64,000 bases of DNA from Azolla caroliniana (Eukaryota > Plantae > Polypodiophyta), in assembly GCA_043228905.1 (NCBI GenBank), contig JBHGNT010000018.1, forward strand, positions 14,260,001-14,324,000, given 5' to 3'. Shown piece after piece: positions 48,934 through 61,379 of this stretch. The notes under the pieces were generated by a model. It was given only the letters and a program-made list of their open reading frames with translations, did no database searches and was not told the origin of the DNA. How positions within the stretch are numbered: the stretch's first letter is position 1; every line of letters begins with the position of its first letter. Made by a program: the position numbers and the translations under genes.

Positions 48934-51900
48934 CTATCGAATCCGCGCCGCCAACAATTCCTCCTGGCTCATCTCATCCCTCCAGTCCACTGTGGCCCAC
49001 GAGGAGATCGTTCGCTCTGTTGGCATGATCGGCTTCTGTCCGAACATCAGCTCGGCCGGCATGAACCCGGTTACCGAACTGTGCGTAGTCTGGTCCGCCC
49101 ACAAGGCATAAGGTAGCAGCCGTGGCCAGTCCCCGACTCGGCCTCCGCACGCCCGTACTAGTGCTTTGACAATTGGCCCGTGTCTGCGCTCCACCTTCTC
49201 GTTCGCCTCCGGATTGTACGCTGTGGTGAGCGAAAGTTTGACTCCTAGCCGGTCGAACAGCTCTTCGGCCTCTTCTGTGTCCAACTCTCCATGGTCAGCC
49301 ACGATCTTCCCTACGCACCCGTATCGGCATACTATGTCCTCAATCAAAAACCAGCACACGGCTGCCGTCGTCTTGTTCTGCAGGGCTCGGCCTTCAACCT
49401 GGTTCGTTAGATCTTCCTGAGCCAGCACCAGATACCGCATTTGTCCTACCCCCATTGGCATCGTCACCAAATCCACCATCCACTTGAAGTGGATGGTCGG
49501 AGGGTAGGTCGGGTGAAGCTCGTCCCGATGTTGGATCATGGACTGCACCTGACAGCTTTCGCAAGTCGTCACGAACCAATGCACATCCCGGTATAGTCCC
49601 GGCCACCAGTACTTCCCCTTTAGCTTTTCGAACGTGGCCCACGTTCCACGGTGTCCAGCCCACGGGCTATCGTGGTACGCCGCCAGCAAATCCTCCTGTT
49701 CCTCCTTCTTCGCCACCACTCGGAGCGGGATGTCGTTCCTCTTCTTCGGGTGCTTCCATATGTATCCGTCCCGGAGAAAGAATCGGTAGGCTTTCTTCCG
49801 AATCCGGTTGGCCTCGTCCGTTGTCCATGCCGCGTCTGGTGTCATTGTTTTTAGGAACCCGCCGATCTGCAACCACTCCCCGTCGTACTTGCTCTCGTCG
49901 AAATCGTTAAGCGTTGGAGAGCATTCCCTGCCGGTTGTTACGTAAGCCGCCCCGAAGAAGTCCACGCCGACTTCCTCGTCCTCCGAAACCATGCCGCCCT
50001 CGTTTTCGAACCTCGCCCTTGAAAGCATGTCGGCCATGGCATTGTCTTTCCCGGAAATGTGTCGTATTTCTGGATTCAGGGACTTGATATACGCTATCCA
50101 CCTGAGCATTGCCAGGTCCGGCGTCGCGCATCCGGAAACCATGCCAAGGATCGGCAGGCAGTCCGTCTCGATAATTACCTCTGTCCCGATTAGGTAGTCT
50201 TTATGGGCCTTTACCACTGAAATGATACCCCAGAGCTCGCGTTTAACCTGGGCGTATCCTCGCTGTCGCTCGCTAAGGACCTTCGCGTCGAACCAGATCG
50301 GGGAACGCATGCCGTCCTTGTCCTCTTGGTTGATGACCCATCCGATCCCGGTCGGACTCGTGTCTACCGTTACGTAAATTGGAGTGCTCTTTCCGTAGAC
50401 AACCTTTCGGAGCGCCGGAGCTGCGGCAAGTGCTTCCTTCATCTTCCGGACAGACTCTGTATGCTCGTCTCTCCACTCGAATTTTCGCCCCTTTTTCAGC
50501 AACCCGTATAACGGCTCCGCGACCTGAGCGTAATGCGGGATCCATATGTGGTAGAACGCGCACGCTCCCAAGAACCTCCGAACCTCCATGACCGAGCTAC
50601 AGTCGTTCTTCATCGCGGAGATGGCTTCTACCTTAGCCGGAGACGGTTTCCGGCCGTACAGCCCGCATAGGTGTCCGACGACCATGATCTCTGATTGCCC
50701 GAAGGCCGACTTTCCCCCGAAGAAGGTGAGCCTCGCGCCCTCCAACCTCTGCACCACCTTCTCGCAGTCATCGATGTGCGTCGCCACGAATTTCCGGCAT
50801 CCGTCCGGTCCGATCGTCTCGTCCCTTTCCTCCACCGGGCATCCCTTGATCGGGACGTCGTCCAAAAATGGCATGGTGATATCCGGGATACAATCCCTCA
50901 GCACTTTGTTTATTGCGTTCACCATGTGAGCCACCGAGTTCGTCCCTCCTTGCGGCAAGGTACACATCCATACTAGGCCGAGAGGAGTTCGCATTGTCGT
51001 GATGTCTCTGCTCTCTACAGCAAGCTGGAACTGATCGTACCCCGAGTAGAGATCACCGACCGAGTAAATCGACCTTCCGGCGAAGGCCTCCGCGAACTCG
51101 TTTATTGTCGGCCCGATTCCTGCGTTTCGAATGGTCACCTTGTTGACCGGCTGCAGGTCTTGAATAAAGCGCAGCGTGCCGTCCTTCTTCGGCACAGTAA
51201 ACCACCGGTTCGAGTATGGGGCACTCGATGGTTCGAGGATTCCCATCTCAACCTTCTGCTTTAACAGCTCCATCAGCTTCGGGATGTGAGCTCTGGGTAC
51301 TGGAATCGGTTTGAGACTCCACGGCACATGCGGTACCGTGAATATCACCATCGGTTCCATGACTGTCGGGTCTACGCACTCGATCTCCTCCGGTGAGAAT
51401 GCGAAAGCCTTCCCTTGCCTTTCGAGCATTCCCCGAAAACGGTCCTCTTCCGCCAGCAGTAGGAAGCCGCCCCCACCGATTTTGAGCTCGCGCAGCGTTA
51501 TGTCGGTGAACGTGTGTCCTATGCGGGCCGGATTTTGTAAACTCGGGTCCGACGCAACCCCCTTTATTCGCAACTCGCTGCCCTCCAACAAGGGAGCCGC
51601 GACTGGCCTCACCTTCCGGTCCACAGTCTTGTACCTCGTGTCCACCCGGGCCATCCGATCCGACTCGAGCCCTCTACTGAAGTCCACGATAACTTCGTAC
51701 ATCTTTTCCGAACATACCGGAATCGTCCGGTCCTCTTTAAGGACTCCTCCGACTACCTCTCGCAGCTCCCCCAAGGTATCGACGAAAGAGACCGCCTCCA
51801 CGGCTCCGTTGATTTCCTCTCCAAGGCCGAGGATACCACATGACCGAAGTTGCTCCTCCGCCCTTTTCTTCTTCTTGCCAACAACGTCGACATACGTACA

Positions 51901-51960
51901 CCCTCCGTTGTCGGAGAACCGAAATTTCCTACTTATAGTACAGGTCTTCTTTGCTATCAT
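48934..51960 (-). pseudogene. Pol (RT-RNase H-integrase) of element H
   Basis: PFLDDVPIKG, VDTSP, HDSPWAGH...CESC, FKWMVDL, ADHGE, VER. Premature stops follow at the C-terminus. Confidence 0.92.
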
Positions 51961-53882
51961 ACACTTGTGGGGTTTTCCCGGAGTGCCCGGACTATCGCGG
52001 CCCCACGCCTTGATAGCCCTCTCTAAAAATCCTCTCGACTTCCGCCCCCGAGGGTCTCGCGGTTCCGCTCATGGTTTGGTCTCAACGTCAGGAACTGGAC
52101 CGAGTGACGCCCATCCTGGCTCTTGACCCTCGCATAGGCCGAGTCTCCTGTACGAAGAAGTGCTGGTCAATCTCGACATCGCCGATCTTTACTCGTACAT
52201 TTGGGTAGGCTCCATGCAGCTCTTCAGTGGCACGCGTCGCTACACGTATTTTCCACCCATACTTGGTGTTCATCGGCCATTTTCCCTTCTTATAGAAGTC
52301 CATGGACATCAAATTGATTTCTGAACCATGGTCCACCAACGCCACCACCGGTTCATGAACATCTTCGATCTTCACGGGGGTCTCCGTGGTCGCTTTGGCC
52401 CAGTGCGGCCTCGAATAGTGGCTCTCCGCCAACTCGTCTTCCAGCGCCATGTCCTCTATGTGCATCGTTCGCACCTCCACCGGCTTCTCCGGTTCTGTCT
52501 CTGTCGACAGCCTCTTCCTCTTCACCAAGTCTACGATGGAGTCGTGGAACTCCTTCTTGGCGATCCCGAGCACTTCCCTCCGCGATAGCTCCACCTTGCT
52601 GTCGAGGATTCGTTCTTCCAAGACCTTTCGCAGTCCATGGATCTTTCGATTTCTGTGCCTAGCCGGTACCCGCCCCTCTTGGGATTATCCTGGGCGTCGG
52701 TCGCATCGACCTCATTCCGCCTTTGCCCGGACCGAGTTTCATATCGTTGCGAGGGCCCGGCCTCTCCGGTTTTCCCTACCCGCTTGTCCTCCACTAGAGC
52801 CTCGTAATTTTGACAAGCGGCTTCGACGAAGCCCATCTTTTCTTCCACCCGGTTACCTCTTGGACCCGTTTTTCCGTGCGGTCCACCTCTTCTTTCCTTA
52901 GCTGTGTGCCGGCAAGGCCTTCCAGCATTATCGGCCAGAACCCGGCTTTGTTCGTCTTCGGGGCCTCGCCACCTCCGACCCGAATACTAGCTGACGCCGA
53001 GTAGTGGACGGTCTCCGCGTGACGAGCCGCCGCCTCCTCCATCAGCCTTTTCATACCCCCTCGCCCGATGTTCAGGTTCAAGGCCCTTCGGGTCTCGCTA
53101 GCATGCACCCGACCGTTCCACAGGTACACCACGTTGCATCTCATCGCCTCGGCGAAGTCCCCGCAGTCCTTCTGGATGTGCCCAACCGCGTCACACCACA
53201 TGCACCTGTTTTCAGCCAGAGGTCGTCGGTCACGGGCCTGTTCACCACCATCCCTCCGTGCCTGGGCGATCTGGAGATCCTTTACCATCCGCGTCAGCTC
53301 CTCCAGAGCTGCTCCCCCGGACGAGCCCTTGACCATGCCGGTTGAAGCAGACCCGGTCTCGAGCCAATCTCGGGTCTCTTCCCTTCGCGTTGGTGGTGTT
53401 GGCTCGAGCTTCCTTGCTGCGACAGAGCCCGCCCCTGTCGATCCTTTGTCAACCCATTCCCGCCGTTTGTCAAAACGGCCACAAACCCTTTTCACCACGG
53501 CCCAGTCGGCCGTCAGCCTGTCATCAGTCTCCAATAGGTGGCCTACCTGCTCCCGATCCCGCTCGTCAACCGACTTAACAAACAATAGGACACGGCTTGT
53601 GTCCAAAACGGTCCGGTCAAGCACCGAGAGGCACGCGAAGCGTTCCTCAAACTCCTGAAGGAGCACCGACGCGTTCCTTCCTTTGTCGGGGGTCTCCACC
53701 CACTCCATGAAGTTCCGCTTCGAAAGTCGAAGCGCATCTTCAAGCCCGTATCTTTCGAGGAGCCGACCTTCGAACTCCTCCCAGGTCCGGCACTCGGCCC
53801 GTACCTCGAGCACCTCCGTATGGATACCCGGCATCGCCACTCGAGGGAATCCGGCTAGACGCCTCTCTTCCGGAATGTCCCT

Positions 53883-54179
53883 GGGTGATAGCATGCGAAT
53901 AGAAACACTATTATAGCTATTTAGCTGCTAAAATGACCACAGCTAAATAGATTTTTTTATAGCTAATTTTTAGTAGGAAGATCTTAAAGATACGTATCAT
54001 TTATTATGGAGATAGAAATATTACCATTTATGGTCCACTGTTTAGCTAGTCTTTTTCTGAGATCAATTTCTAATCATCCCTAAATTTGCCAAAATATAAA
54101 GATTACATGTAGCTTTTTAGATAGCTAATTAGCTATGTCAAGGACATATCTAATTGTTCCCATTCCCATGCTTTCACCC
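53883..54179. mobile_element. MITE inserted in the gag of H
   Basis: ~25-bp imperfect TIRs GGGTGATAGCATGCGAATAGAAACA / TGTTCCCATTCCCATGCTTTCACCC, an AT-rich interior, and CCCT duplicated on both sides. Confidence 0.85.
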
Positions 54180-54474
54180 CCCTCTTTACCCTCTTAGCCC
54201 GGTAGGACGCCAAGTAGCTCGTGGAATCCTTCCCACTAAACCGGCTGATCGTACCGACAACCGCCTCGATAGCCCTATCAAGGGCGCTGGTGCCTTCGCG
54301 CGCACTCACTATACGGTCTACAGCCGAAGCCATGGCTTCTGCAAGGTCGGACCCCCTCATCTTCTACTCCTCTGCCGCATGTTCACGTCAGGTTCACCAA
54401 ATATGTCGCGTTGTTACGCGCGTGCGTGGAGAACAAGGCGGGACCACTGGGGTCTTGGACCGAGAAATAGGTGA

Positions 54475-54510
<36 letters not shown>

Positions 54511-55565
54511 GCTCACTCACGTATAGACAAAGAAGCGCACGGGGACGCGGCACAACAACAAAGGAGACGCGAGTTGAGAACACTAGAGTATGTATGTAAA
54601 TATAGGCATGTATTTGTATGTATGCAGATGACTCGAACGGTTACAGCCGACCAGGTCGGCGAGGTGGATGCCGACGCCTGATCACCCACGCACACAGGAG
54701 AGCAAGATGGAGATTCTACCGTAAGCACACGGGCGTTCCACGGAGCAGAATCAGCCTCCTGAGAACCTGCGCAAAGAAAGCTATGGAGAACGACAGAGAA
54801 GAAGAGCTTGGTCCCAGTCCGACAGCACTTCGTTCCCTCTAGCGCGCGATATCTTCTCTCCCCCGTCTCCCTCTCTTTTATAGCTCAAGGAGGGAGTTCG
54901 TTTCACCCGTTTACATCACATTAATTCTCTGTCCTTTCGGACAGAGATACTCCTCGATTTCCCTTATAGAATATTGCTACCTAGGATTTAACCTTTGTGC
55001 CTACCTATCTACTATACGACAAGGGACGTGCCCACGTGTAAGGGCTGGTTCACACACACTATACACGGTTTGCGCCTGGGGACGGTTTTCTTCACGACAA
55101 CGTACTCTATCGCGTCGAATATCTGGGTGTGCGATAAGTCCGGCTTCTTTCCGAAGTATTTTTCGTGCGGAGTGACCTCGTGCACGCCGGATGTTGTGCA
55201 TCGGTTCATTAGGTAGACGGTCGTATTTGCAGCTTCGGCCCAATATAACTTGGGCATATGCTTCTCGTTCATCATGGCTCGCGCTACTTCGAGAATGTGC
55301 CGATTTTTGCGCTTGGCTACTCCGTTTTGTTGTGGAGTGTGTCGGCAAGTGAATTCTCGTCGAATTCCTTCCTTTCGGAGATACGCCGTGAAATCGTCCG
55401 AGAAGTATTCCTTGCCGCCATCTGATCGAAGACAACGTACATGTCGACTCGTGGCTTTCTCGACTTCATTCTTGAATTTTTGGAAGTGTCCGAACAATTC
55501 GCTCTTTTGCCGCATCGGGTAGATCCAAGTGTGCCTAGAGAAGTCGTCGATGAAGAGTATGTAAT

Positions 55566-58276
55566 TGTTGAGATATCAAGCTCAACTAGTTTAATCTAGT
55601 TAGTCAACACATGTAACTTAGTAGTTACCTAGATCGAATCTAGTTAATGTGTTGACCTTAAGCCTTTAAATAGGACCTTGTACTTAAGTGGGATACTCTA
55701 GATCCTCCACTCCTTAGTACATTTAATGTAGGACTTACACATAAGTACCTATGTTCTACCCACACATGTGCACCTTTGCACATGGGTTGTATATATACCT
55801 CATTGTGGGTATTTTTGTATGTTGATGACACTTTTCAATATAGTCAATCATCCCCCATTTATCTTTGTGTTCAAGTGTAGCTTCCTCTCTCTCTCTCTCT
55901 CTTCCTCTCACACACTCTCACACGCATATCATACTAATCTTCCGCTGCTTAATGTAACCATATAATTAGTCTCTAATTAACCCTAGTTAATTACCTAATT
56001 ACTTAACATGGTATCAGAGCGCGTGGTTTAGGACATCCACTAAGCCCACCGCTTATTCGTGATTGTGTGTTCGAGACGCCGACGACAAATCCCGGCTATT
56101 CGCTATCCGCTACCGTAGTGCCGCTACGAAGGACGTGTACGCGACCAAGAGAAGAAAAACAAAACGGAAGACACAACAATCAACATGAAAAAACAAATGG
56201 GAAGCTCACTCCCTAGCGAAAAGCTAGACCGAAGCAACTATTCATCTTGGGAGTACAAGATGAATCAATACCTTGTCGGCCAAGGGTATTGGAGCTACAT
56301 CAACGGCGCACAAGAAAGCAAACCCGAAACCACACACGCCAACTACCCAACGTGGGAGCAAGGCGCGAGTCGGGTAATGTATTGCTTGGCAACATGTGTA
56401 AACGACCACATGCTTAGCCACATTCGTGACGCCAAGACGCGCAAAGAGGCGTGGGAAAATCTCAAGCAGATTTTCGCCGCAGACACATCTGCGCGCAAGC
56501 TTCAACTCCGGCAAGAGTTGAACAACATACGACAAAAAGAAATGTCCGTGACGGACTACACCGCCAAGATCAAGAGCATTTGCGACTCTCTTGGCTCCAT
56601 CAACGTCAACATCAACGAGGACGAGATGGTGCAAGTATGCTTGGGTGGCCTCGCATAACGATTCAACCCGTTGAGAACGGCAATCTTGGCGAGAGATACC
56701 CCTCCCTCGTTCTTCAACCTCCAATCAATGCTATTGGTCGAAGAAAACCACGTTCAACCAAAGACCAACACATCGGAAGGACAAATGCTCTTCTCTGATA
56801 CGGATGGTGCCCAAAGACGAGGTCAACGCGGAAGAGGTCAATTCGACCTATCCCACGAAGGGAATTCACAATTTTGGCAAGGAAACGGAAGCCATCGAGG
56901 AACCTTCACAAGAAGGGGGAGCTTCCACGCCGAACAAGGTCGGCGAACGACGCCACCTACGTGCAACTATTGCGGCAAAATCGGCCATCGCGAAGAGGAG
57001 TGCCGAAAAAGACGAAGCGAGTCGGCCTCAACAAGCCGACAACTCACAAATTACGCCGCGAACGCGGACTACGGCGGACTCTTCGTGATGAGGCATAGAG
57101 CGAACTCTATGATGGCCTCTGATCCCGCAAACTCCGCAAGCACCTCCAACTCCGAACACGCGTGGTTTGTAGACTCTGGCGCCTTGCACCACATGACGTC
57201 GCACCAAGAGTGGTTTCGCGACTTGCGAACGCCGGATCGACCCGGCTACATAGAGACCGGAGACGACACTCCGCATCCCATTCAGCACATCGGCGATGTC
57301 CCATTCGGGAAAGAAGGCGAGCAAACTTGCATCAAGAATGTCTTGCACATGCCCACAATAACAAAGAATTTGGTCTCGGTCGGCCAAATCGTGGAGCAAG
57401 GCGTCAAGAATGTCTTGCACATGCCCTCGCGATGAAGGTAGTGGCCGAACAAGAGCCCGACGATCCAAGCCTTCGTCACAGGCTTGAGGGGGAGAACAAA
57501 GCCGCGGAGAACCGCGCAACGAAGCCGCGAATACGCGAAGAAAGCCGTGCAACAAAGCCGCAGAGAGCCGCACAACGAAGACGCGAATACGCGAAGAATA
57601 CCGTGCAACGCCGCGAAGAAAACCGCCGTGGAGAACCGCACAACGAAGCCGCGAAGAAAGCCGTGCAACGCCGCGCAACAAAGCCACGGAGAGCCACGCA
57701 ATGAAGCCACGAAGACGTGAAGAAAGCCGCGCAATGCCGCGAAGAAAGCCGCAAGCCGCACCGATGTCGACGAAGCCGAAGTAAGCTAAACCAGACGTTG
57801 GACGCCTCACACTTGAGCTTGAGGGGGCGTGTTGAGATATCAAGCTCAACTAGTTTAATCTAGTTAGTCAACACATGTAACTTAGTAGTTACCTAGATCG
57901 AATCTAGTTAATGTGTTGACCTTAAGCCTTTAAATAGGACCTTGTACTTAAGTGGGATACTCTAGATCCTCCACTCCTTAGTACATTTAATGTAGGACTT
58001 ACACATAAGTACCTATGTTCTACCCACACATGTGCACCTTTGCACATGGGTTGAATATATACCTCATTGGGGGTATTTTTGTATGTTGATGACACTTTTC
58101 AATATAGTCAATCATCCCCCATTTATCTTTGTGTTCAAGTGTAACTTCCTCTCTCTCTCTCTCTCTCTCTTCCTCTCACACACTCTCACGCGCATATCAT
58201 ACTAATCTTCCGCTGCTTAACGTAACCATATATTTAGTCTCTAATTAACCCTAGTTAATTACCTAATTACTTAACA
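55566..58276 (+). mobile_element. Short gag-protease-only Copia derivative I (TR-GAG-like)
   Basis: LTRs 55566-56008 and 57830-58276, TSD GTAAT, iMet PBS at 56009, PPT 57818-57829. gag/PR 56185-57435 has one stop; INT/RT/RH are absent. Confidence 0.93.
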
Positions 58277-60539
58277 GTAATATCGGCATCCGCCGAATGT
58301 AGCCGTTTGCGCCGGTCCCCATATGTCGGAATGGACTACGTCGAGTAGACCTTTCCTCACGTTCCGCTCTTTCAGGAATGGGTGTCGGTGTTGCTTGCCG
58401 AATTGGCACGCTTCGCATACACCTTCAATCTCCTTCTCTTTGAATATCGGAAGTCCGATGACAACTCCTTTCGATTTCATTGCTTTGAGTTTGTTGAGAT
58501 TGATGTGGCCAATTCGCTTGTGCCATAGCTCTATGTCGGAGTCGGCTTTCATGCCCTTTGCAACCATGGCCGATTTCATCTCGTGTGAGTCGAGAATGAA
58601 CATTTGGCCCTCTCTTCATCCGCGTGCGATGAGTCAGCCTTCTTTTTTGATGAAGCAACCGCCTTGATTAAATTGAACTTGCATCCCTTGCTCTATAATT
58701 TGGCCGACAGAGACCAAATTCTTCGTAATGGTTGGTACATGCAAGACATTTTTAATGTAACTTTGCTTACCTTCTTTTCCGAACGGAACATTGCCGATGT
58801 GCCAAATCGGGTGCGTAGTGTCGTCTCTGGTTTCGACATAGCCGGGTCGGTCCGGCTCTCGAAGTTCTAGGAACCATTCTTGATGCAATGTCATATGGTT
58901 CGAGGCACCGGAATCGACGAACCATACGTCTTCCGGACCAGGGGAGTTAGTTGAGGTAGAGGCCGACATAGAGTTTGCTCTATGTTTCATCATGAACATT
59001 CTCCCACGGTCGGAGTTGTGTGCATACATTCCGCCACGATCTTCGTAGTCGGAGTTGTGCCCGTACATTCTGCTATACTCTTCGTAGTCGGAATTGTGCG
59101 CGTAATTCGTGAGTTGTCGGCTTGTGGAAGCCGATTCACGCATCTTCTTTCGGCACTCTTCTTTGTGGTGGCCGAGCTTTCCGCAATATCCACATTCGGT
59201 TGCGTTTTGACGGCTCGGGCCGGAGTGGAAGCTCCCCCTTCTTGCAGAGGTTCCTCGTTGGATTCTATTTTGCGGCCGAAATTGGGAGTTGTTGTCGTAG
59301 GTCGGACCTCGTCCGCCTTGTCCTTGGCCGAATCAGCCTCTCGCTCGTCCGCGTCCTCTTCCTCCATTCGAGTGCGTGTAGAGCATGTGGCCTTCCAACT
59401 CATTCCTCCTTGTACGCACATTGTTTTCTTCGACCAATAGCATTGATTGGAGCTTGAAGAAGGAGGGCAATTTCTCCCTTGCTAGAATGGCGGTTCGCAT
59501 CGCGCCGAACCGTGGTGCGAGGCCGCCGAGGCATATTTGCACCATCTCATCATCATCTATACTTAGGCATATCGATCCGAGCGAGTCGCAAAGCTTCTTG
59601 ATCTTCAAGGTGTATGTGTTGATGGACATGTCCCTTTGTTGAATGTTGTTCAACTCTTGGCGGAGTTGAAGCCTCCTTGCGGTTGTGTTCGCCGCGAAAA
59701 TTTTTCGTAGATTTTCCCATGCCTCCTTCGGCGTCTTGGCTTCGCGAATGTAGCCGAGCATGTGGTCGTGAACACATGTCGCCAAGCAATACATCACACA
59801 GCTTGCGGCTTGCTGCCATGTCGCGTATCCGAGAGCCGCTTCGACGGGTCGGTCTTCGTGCTCTCCTTTGATGTAGCTCCAATAGCCTTGTCCGACAAGG
59901 TATTGGTGCATCTTGTACTCCCAAGATGCGAAGTTGTTTCGATCCAACTTCTCGGTAGGGAGAGTGCTCCCCATTTGAGTATTCATTATGTCGATTCTTC
60001 TTCTTCTTCTTCTTCTCTCTTTGAATGCGAGCTACGTAGCGATGCGCCGATTCTTGGTCGTCAGCGTGGAGCACAACACATGATCACGATGAGGCGAATG
60101 GGCTAGATCGAGCTACCAAATCGCTCTGATACCATGTAAAGAATTGGGTGTGATTCTTGTGTAGCGGAATAGGTGTGAACTGTGTGTGTGTATGAGAGAG
60201 AGAGTGTGTGTGAGAGAGAGAGAGAGAGGCAAGGAGTAAGACACAGAGTATACGCAAGGTAGATTATATTAATAAAGGAGAAAGACTCAACTAAATACAA
60301 GGTGGGAGGAGGGTGCTTTATATAGTCACCCTCTCTCTTCATTAACTACAAGACTCATGGATCATGGGGAATGTGAAAGCTCATAAGTTATGTGTCATAG
60401 AATATGATTTTATGACTCATACTAAATGCTAGAATACAAAGAGGTGACATAATGGTGACTCTTGACCGTTGGAGTGTCTATTCACTCTCAAGGTGAGTTC
60501 ACACACTAGACCAAGTTGAGCTTGATTCTCAACAATAAT

Positions 60540-60964
60540 ATTCACCCCTGAGCCTCCATCTACTATGCTACCCGAAACTTATCGAACCTGAAGGATTACC
60601 TTAATTGTGAGGCTTTTCTCATTCATAATCATCGGTCCCTTACTTGGGTTTGTAGAATTAACAAACACCTTTTCCGACTCATGTCTCGTCATAATGTGAG
60701 TGACCTTTTCTGTAAATCAAGGAACTAATTTCAGTAACCTTGTTAATGGCAATGATATTTGGCAATCTGCCAAGACTCGCCATGCCTCATCATCTTCAAG
60801 TGCTTTGGTGGTTACTTCCTATTGTCGATTTTCTGACTTGTCATGCTGTTACAGATATGGAACACTATCTATCTTCAAGCCTTCGAGATAGACATCAAGG
60901 TGATTGCATGGCAAGGTATGACGCCACACGAGGCGTGAGCCATAATCCGTTAGTTGCGTAATAA
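60540..60964 (-). pseudogene. Continuation of Gypsy F (protease DGGSGVNII and upstream gag)
   Basis: rc of ATAATATTCACCCCTGAGCCTCCATC encodes DGGSGVNII. Confidence 0.7.
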
Positions 60965-61379
60965 TGTGTATCTATGGGTGAAGGTTCACGGCTACGACCG
61001 AGAACCTGAGTGTGCTACTACATTGACTCTTACCCTATACTTACAGAGTCACACTTACGAATAGCACAGAAATTACACAAGATAGCACGGGTTGCACAGA
61101 CACAAAAAATCAGAGAAGATAAGATTCTATTAGAAAAAACCTCACGCTCCCTCTTACAAAGGATTTCTACCCTTTATATACACAGGGCGTTTAGCCGGTC
61201 ATGCTTCTCGCGTGAACTGTTACATCTCTTTCCTTAACGCTTCTAATACATTTTTCATATTTTACGCATTATGTCCGGCGGTTACATTTCTGGCAGACAA
61301 CACCTGGCGCGCCTGTGGGACAGTGCCATGACACGTCGGACCCATCCCTCTATTCATCCTCCAAGATGTCTAGGATGTT
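60965..61379 (-). mobile_element. 3' end (LTR, tRNA-like motif, ORF2 tail) of a third PPT-less Gypsy family
   Basis: The LTR boundary is ...GACAACA at 61302 (left end approximate), with the motif at 61305-61345. Upstream on the minus strand, a frame ends ILDILEDE*, similar to the ORF2 end LPDNLEED*. Confidence 0.7.
61305..61345 (-). other. tRNA-Arg 3'-end-like element at the PPT position (copy 3)
   Basis: Minus strand ATGGG-TCCGA-[CGTGTCATGGCACT]-GT-CCCAC-AGGCGCG-CCA, 2 nt before TGTTG. Confidence 0.75.

Larger units (their letters stand above)
47783..55099 (-). mobile_element. Full-length tRNA-Trp-primed Ty3/Gypsy element H
   Basis: LTRs 47783-48461 and 54404-55099, 4-bp TSD ATGT/ACGT, PBS ~54382-54399, PPT 48462-48477. 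gag 52794-54360, PR 52088-52621, RT-RH-INT 48538-51960. Confidence 0.95.
45073..60534 (-). mobile_element. Ty1/Copia element E with two nested elements
   Basis: LTRs 45073-45465 and 60135-60534, TSD ATAAC/ATAAT, iMet PBS 60123-60134. gag 59333-59986, PR 58634-59143, integrase 55100-55560, RT 45921-47780, RNase H 45643-45900. Confidence 0.95.
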
